A DNA stretch of 63,566 nt, the filler included, from Ministeria vibrans ATCC 50519 (lineage: Eukaryota; Protista; Filasterea): NCBI GenBank assembly GCA_943704425.1. It is 7 parts of 7 records of this genome, joined end to end, with 100 filler letters (N's around TTAATTAATTAA, not from the genome) between each part and the next. Parts side by side here need not be neighbours in the genome. Positions count along the whole stretch, not along the records: positions 1 to 30,515 come from CALSCP010001778.1; 6 more parts are not named here. One strand, written 5' to 3'. The position numbers and the translations under genes were made by a program. Below, one piece after another: positions 1 through 12,502 of this stretch. How positions within the stretch are numbered: the stretch's first letter is position 1; each line of letters opens with the position of its first letter. The notes below the pieces were generated by a model. It was not told the origin of the DNA. It was given only the letters and a program-made list of their open reading frames with translations, and did no database searches.

Positions 1-29
1 TTTTTTTTTTTTTTTTTTGAGAAAGGTAC

Positions 30-1267
30 ATGTCATGGTGGCGTGGGCAGCAGGGTCTGCGCGGCGGTCAGGAACGAGCTGACTGCAGCAGGAACATTGC
101 AGGTGACGCGGATTGACATTTGAACACACATAGCCCGGGACGCGATTGGGCACACCAGGACACTGCTGGCACCTTTCCTCCTCCTCGTCGTCATCCTCGT
201 CATCGTCGTTAGAGTAGTCGTTGTCTGAGTTAGAGTAGCTGTCAGAGCGTCTGCGTCTTCGCCTTGACTTAATCCGTAGCATTTCAGATGTAATGGTATT
301 CTGTGCATCCATCTCCTTGAGCTCCGCACTGTCTCTTCGCATGCTCGGTCGCTTTTTCAAAAACGCCTCCTACACACATATATACATACATGCAAACTGA
401 GAACACGCACACACACAACTCTCGCACACTCTCCGTCCGTCTGTTACAATGATATCCGACAGTTGATGGTTTCGGCCAATCTTCTGCATATCTCCACGAC
501 ACTGAGGACAGTCCTTGGCATCGCGCTTGAGCCAGCTGCTCAGACACGCCGCACAAAAGTTGTGCAGGCACGGAAGAATACTCTATTGTCATACGCTTGT
601 CAATCACTCACTTACGAACTCTCTCTCTCGTTCTCTCTCGTACCACACAATCGTGCATAATTTCCCGGCAGATACAACACAAGAGAGTCTCGGAGACCTC
701 CTCGTCGTCATCATCGTTGTTCCTGCCACCAGTGGCAGTAGCTGCAGCTCCATCAGCACCCGTGGTCGCTGGGGTACCTGCATCGTCCACCTTGGCCTTC
801 TTGTGCTCATGTGCGCTGTCATCATCTTGCGTCTCGTCGAGCGCTCGCTTGGCACCTCCGCTGCTCTGGAACACAAAAGCAATGCGACGGTTGGGGTCCG
901 CTGCCGAAATGCAAAGCTCATCGCCAGCGTGGATCTCGGTGGCGACGCCCTTGGCAATGCGCGTCTTGTTCACAAAGGAGCCGTTGGTCGACGTGTCTTC
1001 GACGTGCACTGTGCCCGCCGCACTTCGCGTCAGCTTGCAATGCCGCGAACTCACGCTCTTGTCGGCCACCACCACCGTGTTGCTGGCCGCCCGGCCCACC
1101 AGCACCGTGTCTTGCGTCAACAGCGCGTTGGGCCACTGATCGTTGAGCGACACCAGTCGCCCCCAGCCCTGCACAAACCAACGCCAAATCGATCAGACGC
1201 GCCCCGCACCCCTCCTCCAACGACACGTGTCAACCCAGTGCGACCACACACCACACCACTTTGGCAT
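30..1267 (-). CDS. CHFR: CHFR-like E3 ubiquitin ligase (FHA + RING + Cys-rich), multi-exon, 3'-partial
   Basis: FHA domain (WGRL..VLVGR..VSSRHC..VEDTSTNGSFVN). RING CCICREIMHDCV/..CLHNFCAACLSSW..CPQCR. Cys-rich CQQCP..YVCS..HLQCSCCSQLVPDRR. Runs into an intron at the window start; start exon approximate. Confidence 0.88.
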
Positions 1268-1849
1268 GTTCAACACTAATTTTTGGCCATATTTTTTCAA
1301 AAAATCACTCAACCTGTTCTTCGGCGTTCTCCTCCACATCGTCCACCTGTGTAGTGTCGTTCAATTCTTGCGTCGCATCCATTTCACGTCAAAAAGTCAA
1401 AAGAAAAGAAAAAAAATGGCAAGGCTGTTGAACTCGGTTGGAGTGTTGGTTCATGATTGGCAAAAGGCGATTATTCAAACTCAAAAGATTGAACGAAATG
1501 CAAACTGAACATAATTAAAAAATAAAAATAATAATAGCTAACATTAATTTTGACGCATCACACTTCAAACATGTCCAACGACGGCATGGTACGAGCAGCC
1601 GCCTGGCGTGTGCGCGCCCGGGCACCATTGCGTCCCACTCATTGCTTACGTCACCCACCGGATTTTGTTTGATGCGACACACTCACCCTCTCGCGCCTGC
1701 CCTCCGCCCCCCCCGACCACACCCCCCTCCCTCCTGCAGCGCTCCTTGGTGCCCCCCCCACCGCCCTTTCCCCTGCTCCTTTCCGTCCCATCAGTTTCTC
1801 AATTTTGCTTCTCTTCCTCTCTCTTCTCCTGTAGGCTCCCGAAGTCGTG

Positions 1850-4289
1850 ATGGAGACGGTCACCAGCGACCTTGGTAAGCACCTCCCCCTTCCCTCCTGC
1901 ATCGGGCGCACCTGCGACTCTATCACATGATATTTTTGTCGACGTAAAATCCGGAAAAAGTTTCGTTTCGGTTTTTTTTTTGTTGTTTTTTTGAAAAATT
2001 CGCAAATGACTGGCGGGGGCTGCGCAGGCACTGCAGGGGGCATGGGACATGGCGCAGAGGGCGCGCAGACGCCCCTCCGCAAGGGGATAGTTGCCGTTTA
2101 TGCTGCTGTGGAGAGCAGCAGTCGCTGAGAGTTCACTCGCCACGGCAGAAAAAAAAAAAAAAAGATAGAATCTTACTTGAGTGTGCTTTCCTTCCTAATG
2201 GGCAGGGGTCAGCGAGGGGGGCGGCGAAGAGGCGGCTGCGGTGGCAGTTGAGGAGACGGGGGCGGCGGGCGAGGGCCGTCGGAGCCACCGTCGCGGCGGG
2301 AGCGACGGACAGGCGGGGGAGCGTCGCTCGCAGGTCGTCTCGTTCTATGCGACGGCCGGAAACGCCGAGATACTGCCGCCGGAGGAGGACGACATTGGGG
2401 ATGTCATTGAAGGCATGGACGCCGCCGTCGAAGAGGCGCTTGCCTCCGCCATTGAGCAGCGGAGACGCGATAGCGACAACGCAAGACAACCGAGGACCAG
2501 CACCGAGCTGCACGGTCTCACTGTCACCGGCGGGGGTGTTTTTGTTGAATCGGACGAGTCTGATGGCGACGATGTTCTCGAAGAGCGGGGTGTTGCCTCG
2601 ACCGCATCGTTGCTCGACGACGGCGACGAGGACGGCGCTAATGCCAAGGCCGCCATTGCCGAGCCCGAGGATGGCACGGGGAACAGCTTCCTGTCTACCC
2701 CCTCAAAGCTCGGGGCCTCCACCAGCCAGTCGGCAGGTGGTGTGCCCGTCCACCGCGTTAAATCGTACGGCGGCGACATGATGGGGAGTACCTCTATTGG
2801 TGGCGGTGAGGGCGGCGGCAGCACCCCTCCACCGCAGCGCTCCAGCAGCCTTGCCACTCGCCCACAGTCCATCCCGCCCCTGGCAAGCGATCTCATCGCC
2901 AGCTGCTCGGGCTTCTACGTCGAAGAGGGTCGTCCTAGCACTACCTCAGCCAGTCCTCGTACCACCGACGCGTCCTACGATACCGACGCGCCCGTCATCA
3001 TGACCCGCCGTCGCTCGCAGTCCTTCACCTCCAAGGACCTGTTGCCCCAATCCGACAGTAGCTCCCAGCTCAACAGCCACCCTAGCAATACGACCCTTGG
3101 TAACATTCATGGGGGCTCCGGCAGTCAGATTGTTCTGCGCACCCTTCCGCAGTACTCGGGCTGTGCTCTCGAGCGCAACCCTGCCGCACTCAACCCGACC
3201 GAGGACGACCCAAACAGCTTCACCTTCGAATACATCAACGTCACCAGCGGCTATTTCCGCCGTCATTTCCTCGGGCAAGGTACACATCATATCCGCTTCC
3301 GCTCTTCCTCACCTTTCCTCCCTCACATGTTGTAGACCACGTCACCTACTTGGGCGACGACGAAGTGCTTGGCCCTGTGGCGGTGTCGGTGCGTCGCGAA
3401 CACGAGACGCCCGACAACAACAACAACAGCAGCACTACCAACAACAGCAACAGCAACAGCAATAGCCACACTCGTACCAACAGTCACACCCGCACCAACA
3501 GTCACGGAGGCGGTGCAGGGGACACAGGTCCCGTATCGCACCAGTACCGCATTGTGATTCGGGCGGCCGAAGTCAGTGACATTCGCGCGGTACTTCCCGA
3601 GTCCCAGGTGCCCAATGCCTTCTTTCGCGGCAAGAAACCCTCCATGAAAGCCGTCCTGCGCTGTGTCGCTCCCATGCTTCAAGGTACACCACATACCGAC
3701 AATCACTCACGCGCAGTTGCATCGACACGCCACTAACCCCCCACACCAGTCAATGCACTTCACCAGGCCAAACTGGACGCACTCCCTCTGCGTTTGCTTG
3801 ACATTGACGAACAGCAAGTGTGTACCGACTACAAAATTGGCGTGCTCTACATGCGAGAGGTACAAAGAAAGAGAGAGAGAGAGAGGAGGAAAAAAGAGCA
3901 AAGTGATAGAGAGGGAGAAAGAAAGAGAGAAGACAGTAACAAACAAAGTGATAAAGAAAGAGAGAAGAGGCGAAAGAAAGAAATTGATTAAGAAGGGAGA
4001 AGGAAACGAAGTGATGCGAGAGAATCATTGACCTTTTACTTGTATAGGGTCAAACGACCGAGGAAGCGATGTATAATAACGAACATCCGGGTGAGATGTT
4101 CAGTGAGTTTCTGGATACCATTGGGCACAAGATCAACCTCAGGGGACACACTGGCTTCCGCGGTGGTCTCGACTGCAAGAGTACGTCTTTGTTCTCCACA
4201 TCCACAACGCTCATTTATCGGTTTCTCTCTCTCTCTCTCTCTCTCTTTATTACGGTGGTTTTTTTTCTCTCTCTATCACTATGTTTCCG

Positions 4290-4321
<32 letters not shown>

Positions 4322-4649
4322 CTCTCTGCATCTTTCTCTGCATCTTTCTCTGCAATTAGACAACACGACGGGCGAAACATCGTACACTACGCGCTACAAG
4401 AACCTCGAGGTGATGTTCCATGTGGTGACGTGCCTTCCGTTCGACAACAAGGACCGTCAACAAGTGCAGCGCAAGCGCCACATTGGCAACGACATTGTCA
4501 CCATTGTCTTCCAAGAGCCCCATTCGGCTCCTTTCTCCCCTAAGGTCATTCGCAGTAACTTCCAGCGCATCTTTATTGTTGTGCGTCCCAACGAGAGTGG
4601 CTCTCACTATAGGTATTGTTCCACGACACTCGCTCTCTCTTGCCCTCTC

Positions 4650-4739
<90 letters not shown>

Positions 4740-5485
4740 TGACAAACTGGACCACGCACGTTTTGTAGAGTGGCGATGACTCGCTCGGAGGAGATTGATC
4801 CGAGTGGCGCGTCACTGCGAGAGCTGTATTCCAAGGCAGAGCTGCGCAAGGTGGTACTAGAGAAGGCACTGCTTGCAGAGAATGCAGCCTATCGCAGTGG
4901 GCGCTTTGCTCAGTTGGCGTGGCGTACACGTCGTGGGATGATCCAGGACCTTGTGGACAAATTTAGCACGACGGTCGCCATTGACACGTTCTACCCGGAG
5001 CCCGGTATGCGGTCGTCTTCATCGTACTCGCTGCAGGCCATTAAGGACATGACCAGCAACTTTGCACGTCGTCTTGCGCCATCGCGGTTGCTCTCGTCGT
5101 CGCATGGGAGCGGCAGTGGCAGTCCCCGTGCGCGCATGGGCACGGAGCTACGAAGCTGGATTGTCGAGGTCGACGTGGGTACTGAGCGACGCACAATGTC
5201 GCTCACCATCTCGCCCGAGACTGTCGCTCTTTGTGACGGCAAGGCCAAGGGCAACCCACTTATCCGCACCTGCCCTACGGTCAACCTGGGTGGCTGGGGC
5301 ATTGAACGCGAGGGCGTACGTGTCCTGTGGGCCGATGAGACTAGCATGCTGCTCTTCACGAGCCAGTCCGAGCCCATTGTCAAGCATCTTGAAGACTGTC
5401 TTAACGCAGGCATGCTCACGGCCCGTCGTCTTCTTGAAGCCACACCCGCCTCTCCTGCACGTGCTTCTACCTCCTCTGGGTAAGT

Positions 5486-5535
<50 letters not shown>

Positions 5536-6711
5536 TTGTGTGCAATGGCAAGATGCAATGTAAAAGAGATACAATCCTCACCCGTCTGTGTCTGCTCCTG
5601 TTTAGCTCGTCTTCGAAATGGGCCGACAACCGTGGTGGCATGACGAGCGTGACATCGAGTGGCAATGTGCTTGTGGCAGCGCGTTCCGATCGCAAGTCGG
5701 CGCCGCAAACTCCGGTCAAGGCCCTGATCAATTCGTCTCCCAAGGGTGCCTCTAAGTCGGCCACGCCCACCGTCTTTAGAGAGTCCCTTGTCAAGTCACC
5801 TGAGACGAAAGCGCGCACAAGTGCCCCAGCAGCCGCGTCGCACGTCGTCTTCACGTCTGCCAACAACTCGACCAGCCCTGTGTCGTCGTCGTCCTCCACC
5901 AGCGTGTCCGAACCTGCACCCACATCCACACCCACCACCCCTGCCCCTTCTTCTGCTTCTACTCCTATTACTGCTGATACGAGTGCCTCGACCGCTGCGG
6001 CCACTCCCTCCTCCCTTGTCGACCAGGTCATCCTGGAAGATGCCGCTCCTCGTCGCTCCAGCAGTGTTGACATTGACGATGTTGTCCTTGGAAGGTACCC
6101 AATCCTAACCTCAACCCTAACCTCAAACCTTTCCCCAACCCTATTTATTATCCCTAACTTGCCTTTGCTAACAATTTACCTTTTTTTGCTTTAGGATGCT
6201 TGCACAGGCGACTAATGAGAATGCGCTGCTTTTTCACGAGCGAGATGTGCTCGTGCGTCAAAACTCAGATCTGGTGGGTGAAAACGAACACTTGAAGGTA
6301 AGGGAGAGGAGAAAAAACAGAGAGAGAGAGAGAGAGGAGGGAGAGAGAAAGAAGCTAAGTGATAGTGATAGGTAGAGAGAGGAGGGAGGGAGAGAGAAAC
6401 AAAGTGTTAGAGAGAGAGAGAGGAGGGAGGGAGAGAGAAACAAAGTGATAGAGAGAGAGATATATTAATTGTATTTGGTATTGTTGCGTAGGCCACAGCG
6501 GAGGCACTTTCGACTCAGAACCAGTCTCTAGAGGAGCGAGTGCGCATGCTTGAGAGTCGTCTTGGCCAAGTACAAATCACTCGCTCGCTCGCTCACTCAC
6601 TCACTCACCCACTCACTCTCTTTTTCTCCTTCTTAGCTCTCCGAAGCAGACCGTCAGCTCATGACGTCTCTTTCCATGTCTCTCACTACTCCTTCGTCCT
6701 CCTCACTCTAA
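1850..6711 (+). CDS. Rap GTPase-activating protein, SIPA1/SIPA1L-like, multi-exon
   Basis: LGPVAVSVRRE, YKIGVLYMRE, EEAMYNNE, GFRGGLD, EVMFHV, RKRHIGNDIVTIVFQE (catalytic Asn), AENAAYRSGRF; C-terminal coiled coil. Confidence 0.9.
4653..4737. repeat. (GT)n microsatellite; similar (CA)n, (GA)n and (AAT)n tracts throughout introns and contig ends
   Basis: Seen directly; others at 5489-5535, 17468-17545, 30616-30711, 32667-32747, 45520-45617, 48030-48080, 62478-62592. Confidence 0.95.
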
Positions 6712-6893
6712 TTTTCTCTCTCCGCGAATTTCCCTTGTTTTTTTTGTTGTTTTCCCGCGATTTTTATTTCCAATAAAAAAGTACTATTATTATTATTATT
6801 ATATAATTATATCTTTCTCTTTTAATTTTTAGTTGTACAAAATGATGGATGGTTTACTGATGAAAAAAAGTACAAGGGAAATAGAATAGGTGG

Positions 6894-8312
6894 CTAGGCG
6901 ACGGAGGTGAGTCGCTCAAGTTCGGGGAGAGACGGAGAGGGGTGTGGGTGGGAGCGAGAGGCAGCGAGGTGGGCGGCGGCAGCGGCGAGGCTGGACGACG
7001 TGGGAATGCGAGTGGAGGCGGAGGATGTGGAGGATGCATCTGTTGTAGCGGATGTTGCAGTGGTGGTGGAGGGGCCGTCTTGGGCCCAGTGAGGGGAGGC
7101 GACGAAGAAGCGGACGAGCTCATCGGCTGTGGCACGGTCGGCCGGGGCGACGCTGAGGAGGGACTCGAGGATGAGAGCGGCATCGGGAAGGGAGGCAACG
7201 TGAGCCCACGAGGCAACACCCATGCCCGAGGAGCGGAAGGCGCGGTACTCGGCGTCGGCGTCCTCGTCGGCCTGCTCCCACGGGGCGCAGAAGAAGAGCA
7301 TGACGTGCAGTACAATGGCACAGCTCCACATGTCGGCGGCGCGTCCGTTGTACGGGTAGTGGTCGCGTGCATTGCGGTTTCCGCCGCGAATGGCATCCAG
7401 AGTTTGCTTGCGTGCAGCCACCACCTCGGGCGACATGTAGTTGCGGGAGCCCTTAGAGCCCACGACTGTGCCATCCTTGTCGGTGAAGGATGCCAGGCCA
7501 AAGTCACCGAGCTTGAGCACGCCGTGGTGAATAAAGAGGTTCTCTGGCTTAATGTCGAGGTGTGCAATATTGAGCGAGTGGACGTGCGCAGCGGCACGGC
7601 ACAGTTGTTGGAAGAAGCATGCCGCTTGGGCGCGTGACAGACCGTCCGTGCGGTCCATCATGTCAAAGAGGTCGCCGCCGGAGCACAGCTCGAACGACAG
7701 CGAGAAGATGGGCTGCTCATAGGGAGTGTCGGTGTCGACGGTGGAGAGGCAGTGGGCATGCGGCGTAAGCAGCTGCACAATGTTGTCTTGAGGGATGGCC
7801 GCGAGTGCCTCGTTGATTTGCAACTCCGACTGGAACATGCGTCGACGCTTCTGGGTTTCGCGAGCGACCAATCGTGCATCGCCATTGTTCATGCGTGCTT
7901 CCCGCAGCACAAGGAGTTTGACGGCGGCGCACTTGCTAGCGTCTGTCTTGTGCTTGGCAGCATACACGCGCGAGAATCCGCCGCTGCCCAGCAGCTTAGT
8001 CAACACATAGTCGCCCAGGACGGTATTCTCGCCCTGCTGTGCCAGAGTGGTCGTGAGGTCCACCTGGCGCGGCGACTGCGGCGAGAGTGCGCGCGAATGC
8101 GAGTGGGATGACGCGACAGATGACGCGACCGACGACAGCGAGGTATTTCTGAAAATACCTGCATTTTTCGCGGGAGGAACTTGCAGCATTGGCGGGGGCG
8201 GAGCGCGCGCCGCCTGCGCACCCACAGCTGCGTGTTTCCTTGGCGCAGCCATTCGGTTGCTTGCGGCGTCGCCATGAGACGCCATTGCAGTGGAGTTGGA
8301 TCGAGACGGCAT
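6894..8312 (-). CDS. Ser/Thr protein kinase (CAMK/CHK1-like), intronless
   Basis: LGSGGFSRV, AAVK, HLDIKPENL, DFG, GSRNYMSPE, ADMWSC. Start inferred at MPSRSNS. Confidence 0.88.
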   Translation of the reverse strand: MPSRSNSTAMASHGDAASNRMAAPRKHAAVGAQAARAPPPPMLQVPPAKNAGIFRNTSLSSVASSVASSHSHSRALSPQSPRQVDLTTTLAQQGENTVLGDYVLTKLLGSGGFSRVYAAKHKTDASKCAAVKLLVLREARMNNGDARLVARETQKRRRMFQSELQINEALAAIPQDNIVQLLTPHAHCLSTVDTDTPYEQPIFSLSFELCSGGDLFDMMDRTDGLSRAQAACFFQQLCRAAAHVHSLNIAHLDIKPENLFIHHGVLKLGDFGLASFTDKDGTVVGSKGSRNYMSPEVVAARKQTLDAIRGGNRNARDHYPYNGRAADMWSCAIVLHVMLFFCAPWEQADEDADAEYRAFRSSGMGVASWAHVASLPDAALILESLLSVAPADRATADELVRFFVASPHWAQDGPSTTTATSATTDASSTSSASTRIPTSSSLAAAAAHLAASRSHPHPSPSLPELERLTSVA

Positions 8313-8990
8313 CTTTTTTAGAGGGGGGTTTCCAGTGCCACGACAGAAGAGCGCTTGGCGAGTGGGATGGGGGTACGTGTCGCGGACGAGGGCAATGCTG
8401 GTCTTTGATAGGGTGCAGTGCGGACAACGAGACGCTTCCAGCGGGTCCAGGAGCTTGTTCACGAGGGTGAGCCCTTCTTCTTTTTTTTTTTTTTTAGGTT
8501 GCGGTGAGGCCACTTGTTTCAAAGGAGAGCGACCGAACGGTGTTGGCAGACGCGGCAGGCGTAAACGAGATGTAGAGGCGCAGCGTAAGAGTTTGGGTTG
8601 GGGAAAGACGAGCTTAAAAAAGTGATTTCGAGGAGTCAATAGGTAATTTTGGAGTATGGGATGTGGGAAGGACAAGTCTTTTTTTGGGCGGATTATTTTT
8701 AAGAAGTCTCATCCACCCTGGCGAATCTAGGCCTTTTCACCACGCCAGGTTTCTTCCATTACACTCATGGTAAACTGTACAGACCACTTGGTTGATTCAA
8801 GAGCCTTATGGTGGGCTACTATGTGCATTTTGGTCACCAACTCGACTAGTCTGACGTGGACATCAACAACGCGTAGAGTCCAACTCACATACGGACTCTA
8901 ACAAGCGCCGAAACGACTCAACTATCCCACTGCAACACGTTAAAGTACTTAGTACGTCGATCGATCAACCTCCGCTAAGTGGACAGTGGT

Positions 8991-11668
8991 TTAGGCGTCT
9001 TTTGTACTTTGGCCTTGGACAAAGAGTTTGCGAAATTCATCATTGCTCTTCTTTGCGACAGCGCAACCCACAGCGGATGCGGTAGCGCCACCGCCACCCT
9101 GCTCGGTTGAACCACCTTCAGATAACTTGGCATTTGGCGTTGAGGATGACTTGGCCGAGGTGAATCCAAGGCCGGTGCGACGTCGGGGTGCCGCGGGAGC
9201 AGTGGCACGGTGTACACGACGCGGCACAAGCGAGAGCTGCGCTGCACGCGCCGCTGGCGTGATCTCCGCAGGCGGAACAGCTGTCGTTGCCGCATCGGTG
9301 GCGGTCGCCGTCTCTGCAGTCTTGGCCGCTCGCTGCTTTTTGGACAGTGATGGGTTGCTCAGAAGCACACTGATGGGAGCGCCATTGAGCTGTGTCTCGT
9401 GCAGCGCCAATGCCGCCGTGGCACACTCCTTGCTGTCAAACTGAACATAGGCAATGCCCTTGGGACGACCCGAGCGGTCCGTAATGAGGCGCACGTCGAC
9501 AATGTTGCCATAGGGCGCAAACAACTCAATGAGCTGCTCGCGACGGACCGACTGTGACAGTCGCGACACGAAGAGTGTCGTGGCATCCTCACCCTCAGGA
9601 ACGTCACGCACCTCTCCCTTGAGCTTGCCACTCTTGGCATGAAGCGCGCGCGTCACCGAAATGGCACAGTCACCCAATTGGCGTCCGCGCATGGCCAGTG
9701 CCGTCTCCACTGCACCCACCCCACTTGCAAAGCGCACATGCGCAAACACAGCCGTCTTGGCCGCCGCATTGCGCGTAATGCGTACCTCCTCCACCTCCCC
9801 ACACTCCTCAAAAAGCCCCCGCAGCATCGCTTCGTCCACTGACTCGGGCAGCTCACTTACGTAGACGGTGCGCTCGTCCTGACGACGCTTCTCCACCACC
9901 TTTTGCTGGGCGAGCCACTGCGGCGTGGGCAATGTACCCTCCTCGGCTGCCTTGACCTCCGCCGACCGTTTCGTCTNNNNNAGCAGCAGCAGCAGCAGCG
10001 GTAGCCGCTGCTTCTTCTTGGACGGCACGTTGTCGTGCGTACCAGGCAAGCATGGCCTCATCGGCGGCATACAGGCGCGGCACGACAACACTTGAGATGC
10101 TCACGCGTCGGTCAAAGAGAACACGGTCGCGCCACAGTCGCCAAATAGAGACAGGGTCGTCCTGCACGTAAAGCATCGCCTGCGCATACACGGTCACGTC
10201 TGGGGGATTTACAGGGTCGGCCACAGCCCCGAGTTCTGACACGGCGCGCAGTTGCCAATAGTGCGCCGATGCACCAAAGCCTTGTTCAATCAAGAGCGTG
10301 TCCCATGCCTTGCTGTCGCCTTGTGCCGACGCACGCAGCAGGCGCTGTGTGGGATCGCCCGTCGTGCTGTTCAGCGACATGTATGTGGTCGCACGTTGAA
10401 ACGCCGCAGCCACCTGGGGGTGTTCGCTGCCACTGGAAGGAACACGCACACGCATGGCGGCTGCATAAACTAGCCACATGTCAACGAGGTCTTCGCCCCC
10501 AAGGGTTGGCAGTGCACTCAACGCCCTGTCCATCACGGCCATGATATCTTCGACAATAGAAGCAGAGTTGGCATCGACATCTACTCCCGTCAGCAATCTG
10601 TGCTGCCACAAGAGTGTGCTCCAAGGCACGTTGCGCAGCGCTCGCTCGAGCACCCTCTGTGCTTCGTCATACAATTTCTGACGAGTAAGGTAGGTCGCGT
10701 AGCGCAGCCACGCACGTTGCTCAAGACAGTGTACGCTCACGAGGCGCTCAAACAGGCAGCGCACACGACCAAGAGGCGTCTCTCCTCTCTCCACATACTC
10801 CAGACACTGGTCGCAATCGACATAGCGTACGCTCGCCGCGCTCAAATCTGCACAGGTTTGGGCGTCTGCCAAAACAGCGGCTGTCTGTAAAAGTGCCGAG
10901 ACTGTCTTTACCGCAGTATCCTCGGGATTGCTACAAGCAGAAAGAGATAATATAATAGTAATTAGAAGAAGAAGAAGAAGAAGAAGAAGGCATCATAAGA
11001 ATTAAGAAAAATAAATAGAAAGTCGTGAGCTGATATGTAAGGGAAAAATCCAACACATACTTGGCGAGGAGATCCGCAATGATCAAGGGACCTTGCTCAA
11101 CATCGTAGACGGCATACTCAAGCGATCGCTTTACAATGTCGTCGGCATAGTTGACAACTTCAAGGTAGCGGCGCCACAGCGAAGGGACTACAAGGGCGAG
11201 TGAGTAATCGTCGGGCACTTGGTTGCGCTTTTGTACCGTTGTAGTCGTTGAGGGCAAGTTCGAAAAGTTTCCTCAATTCCTCAACTGAGGTTCCCACGCT
11301 CGACTCGTCCTCAATCCACTCGGTCCATAGCTCGACAGAGAGTGGAAACTGCTCTCGGAGCGCCTCACGCTGACGACGAAGCTGCAAAACGAGAGAGCGA
11401 ACGGGTAACGAACGCACACGGAAAGACACGCCTGAGCCAGAGGCAGCGCTTACCTTGTCAAGCTCGCTGTACTTTCGGAGCACCTTGATCAGGGCCACGC
11501 GAGAGCTGTAGTCCGCTGGATTCTGTCGTACCTGTAAAACGTGAAAGCGACGAAATGTCAGAACGTCTTGTTCTTTTCCTTTTTCACGACCGTCTTTACC
11601 AGTGCCTCAGCCTGAGCAATAACTTCATCTTCGTTGTCGCTTTCGTCAGAGCTCGAACACGACGACAT
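8991..11668 (-). CDS. SART3: SART3/Prp24 U4/U6 snRNP recycling factor (HAT repeats + 2 RRM + Lsm-binding motif)
   Basis: FPLSVELWTEWIEDE, VRCLFER, ERALRNVPWS HAT repeats; two RRMs (TVYVSELP, TLFVSRL..KGIAYVQF); C-terminal KSNDEFRKLF. The apparent frameshift falls on the N gap at 9977-9981. Confidence 0.92.
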
Positions 11669-12502
11669 CAATAACAATCGAAGTAACTTGTAAACTATGT
11701 GTGTAAAACTATGATCAATTAATTCACTCTCCTCGTAATTTTACATTTAATTAATTATCGACACAATCAATTTTGTTGTCACTTTGGCGAATCGGTTCAA
11801 CTCACTCGCGATGGATCTGACTGGGGGACGTGCGGCGAAGCCACAGCCGCTCTTTTGCCAATACGAACTGGTAAACCGTTTTGTTCGATCGCTTTGAAGA
11901 AAGAGCGCCTTATCCCTCGCCGTCTCTCTCCGGGTGTTCCATGTGGACACTGCACTGAATGGCGGGCTCTCTTGCGCTTTTCCACTTCTGGTTTCCCTTT
12001 TTTGTTTCGGTCTCTTTTTGATTGAATTTGGGATTCTCACTTGAAACAGCACTCTCGCTCTCTCTCTTCTCTCATCCTCGTGTGTTATTGTAGCCTGTCG
12101 ACCCACCCATCCACTTTGCAGCCGTGTAAGTACAGAAGGAGAGCGAAAAATGTTTTATTTGTTCTTTATTTGACCTTTTCTTCTTCGTTGAGCGTTGTCT
12201 TGGGGCGGCTGTGTCTTTATCTACACGTCGTGTGTGGGCCACGTATGTGCCCCTGACATTTTTTTTTTTTTTTTGGTTTATTTGACAAAATCTGAAATAT
12301 TTTTCGGTTTTTGATCTCAATCTTTGACTTCCAGTTACTGTTCAATCCACACACCCAGACTCACACACACGCACACATGTACGCACACACCTGGGGCGCC
12401 CACCCAAACTGCATTGGCTGTGAGTTTGCAAACCATTTTCGGACTTTCTTTTTTTCTGCCCCTTTTTTCGCATATTGCTCTCTTCCCGTCTCCTGCAGTC
12501 GC

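Noticed and set aside
4281-4929. ORFs with CVCV/HTHT/ERER/SLSL runs (also near 17357, 22535, 32626, 45304, 62241)
   Set aside because: Translations of intronic microsatellites.
4991-6073. Long antisense or alternate-frame ORFs over GC-rich genes (also 55877-56764, 57020-57802)
   Set aside because: Shadow ORFs expected from GC-rich codon usage; the sense frame carries the conserved domains.
9853-10091. Programmed frameshift in SART3
   Set aside because: The frame change coincides with a 5-N gap in a (CAG)n tract; assembly artefact.
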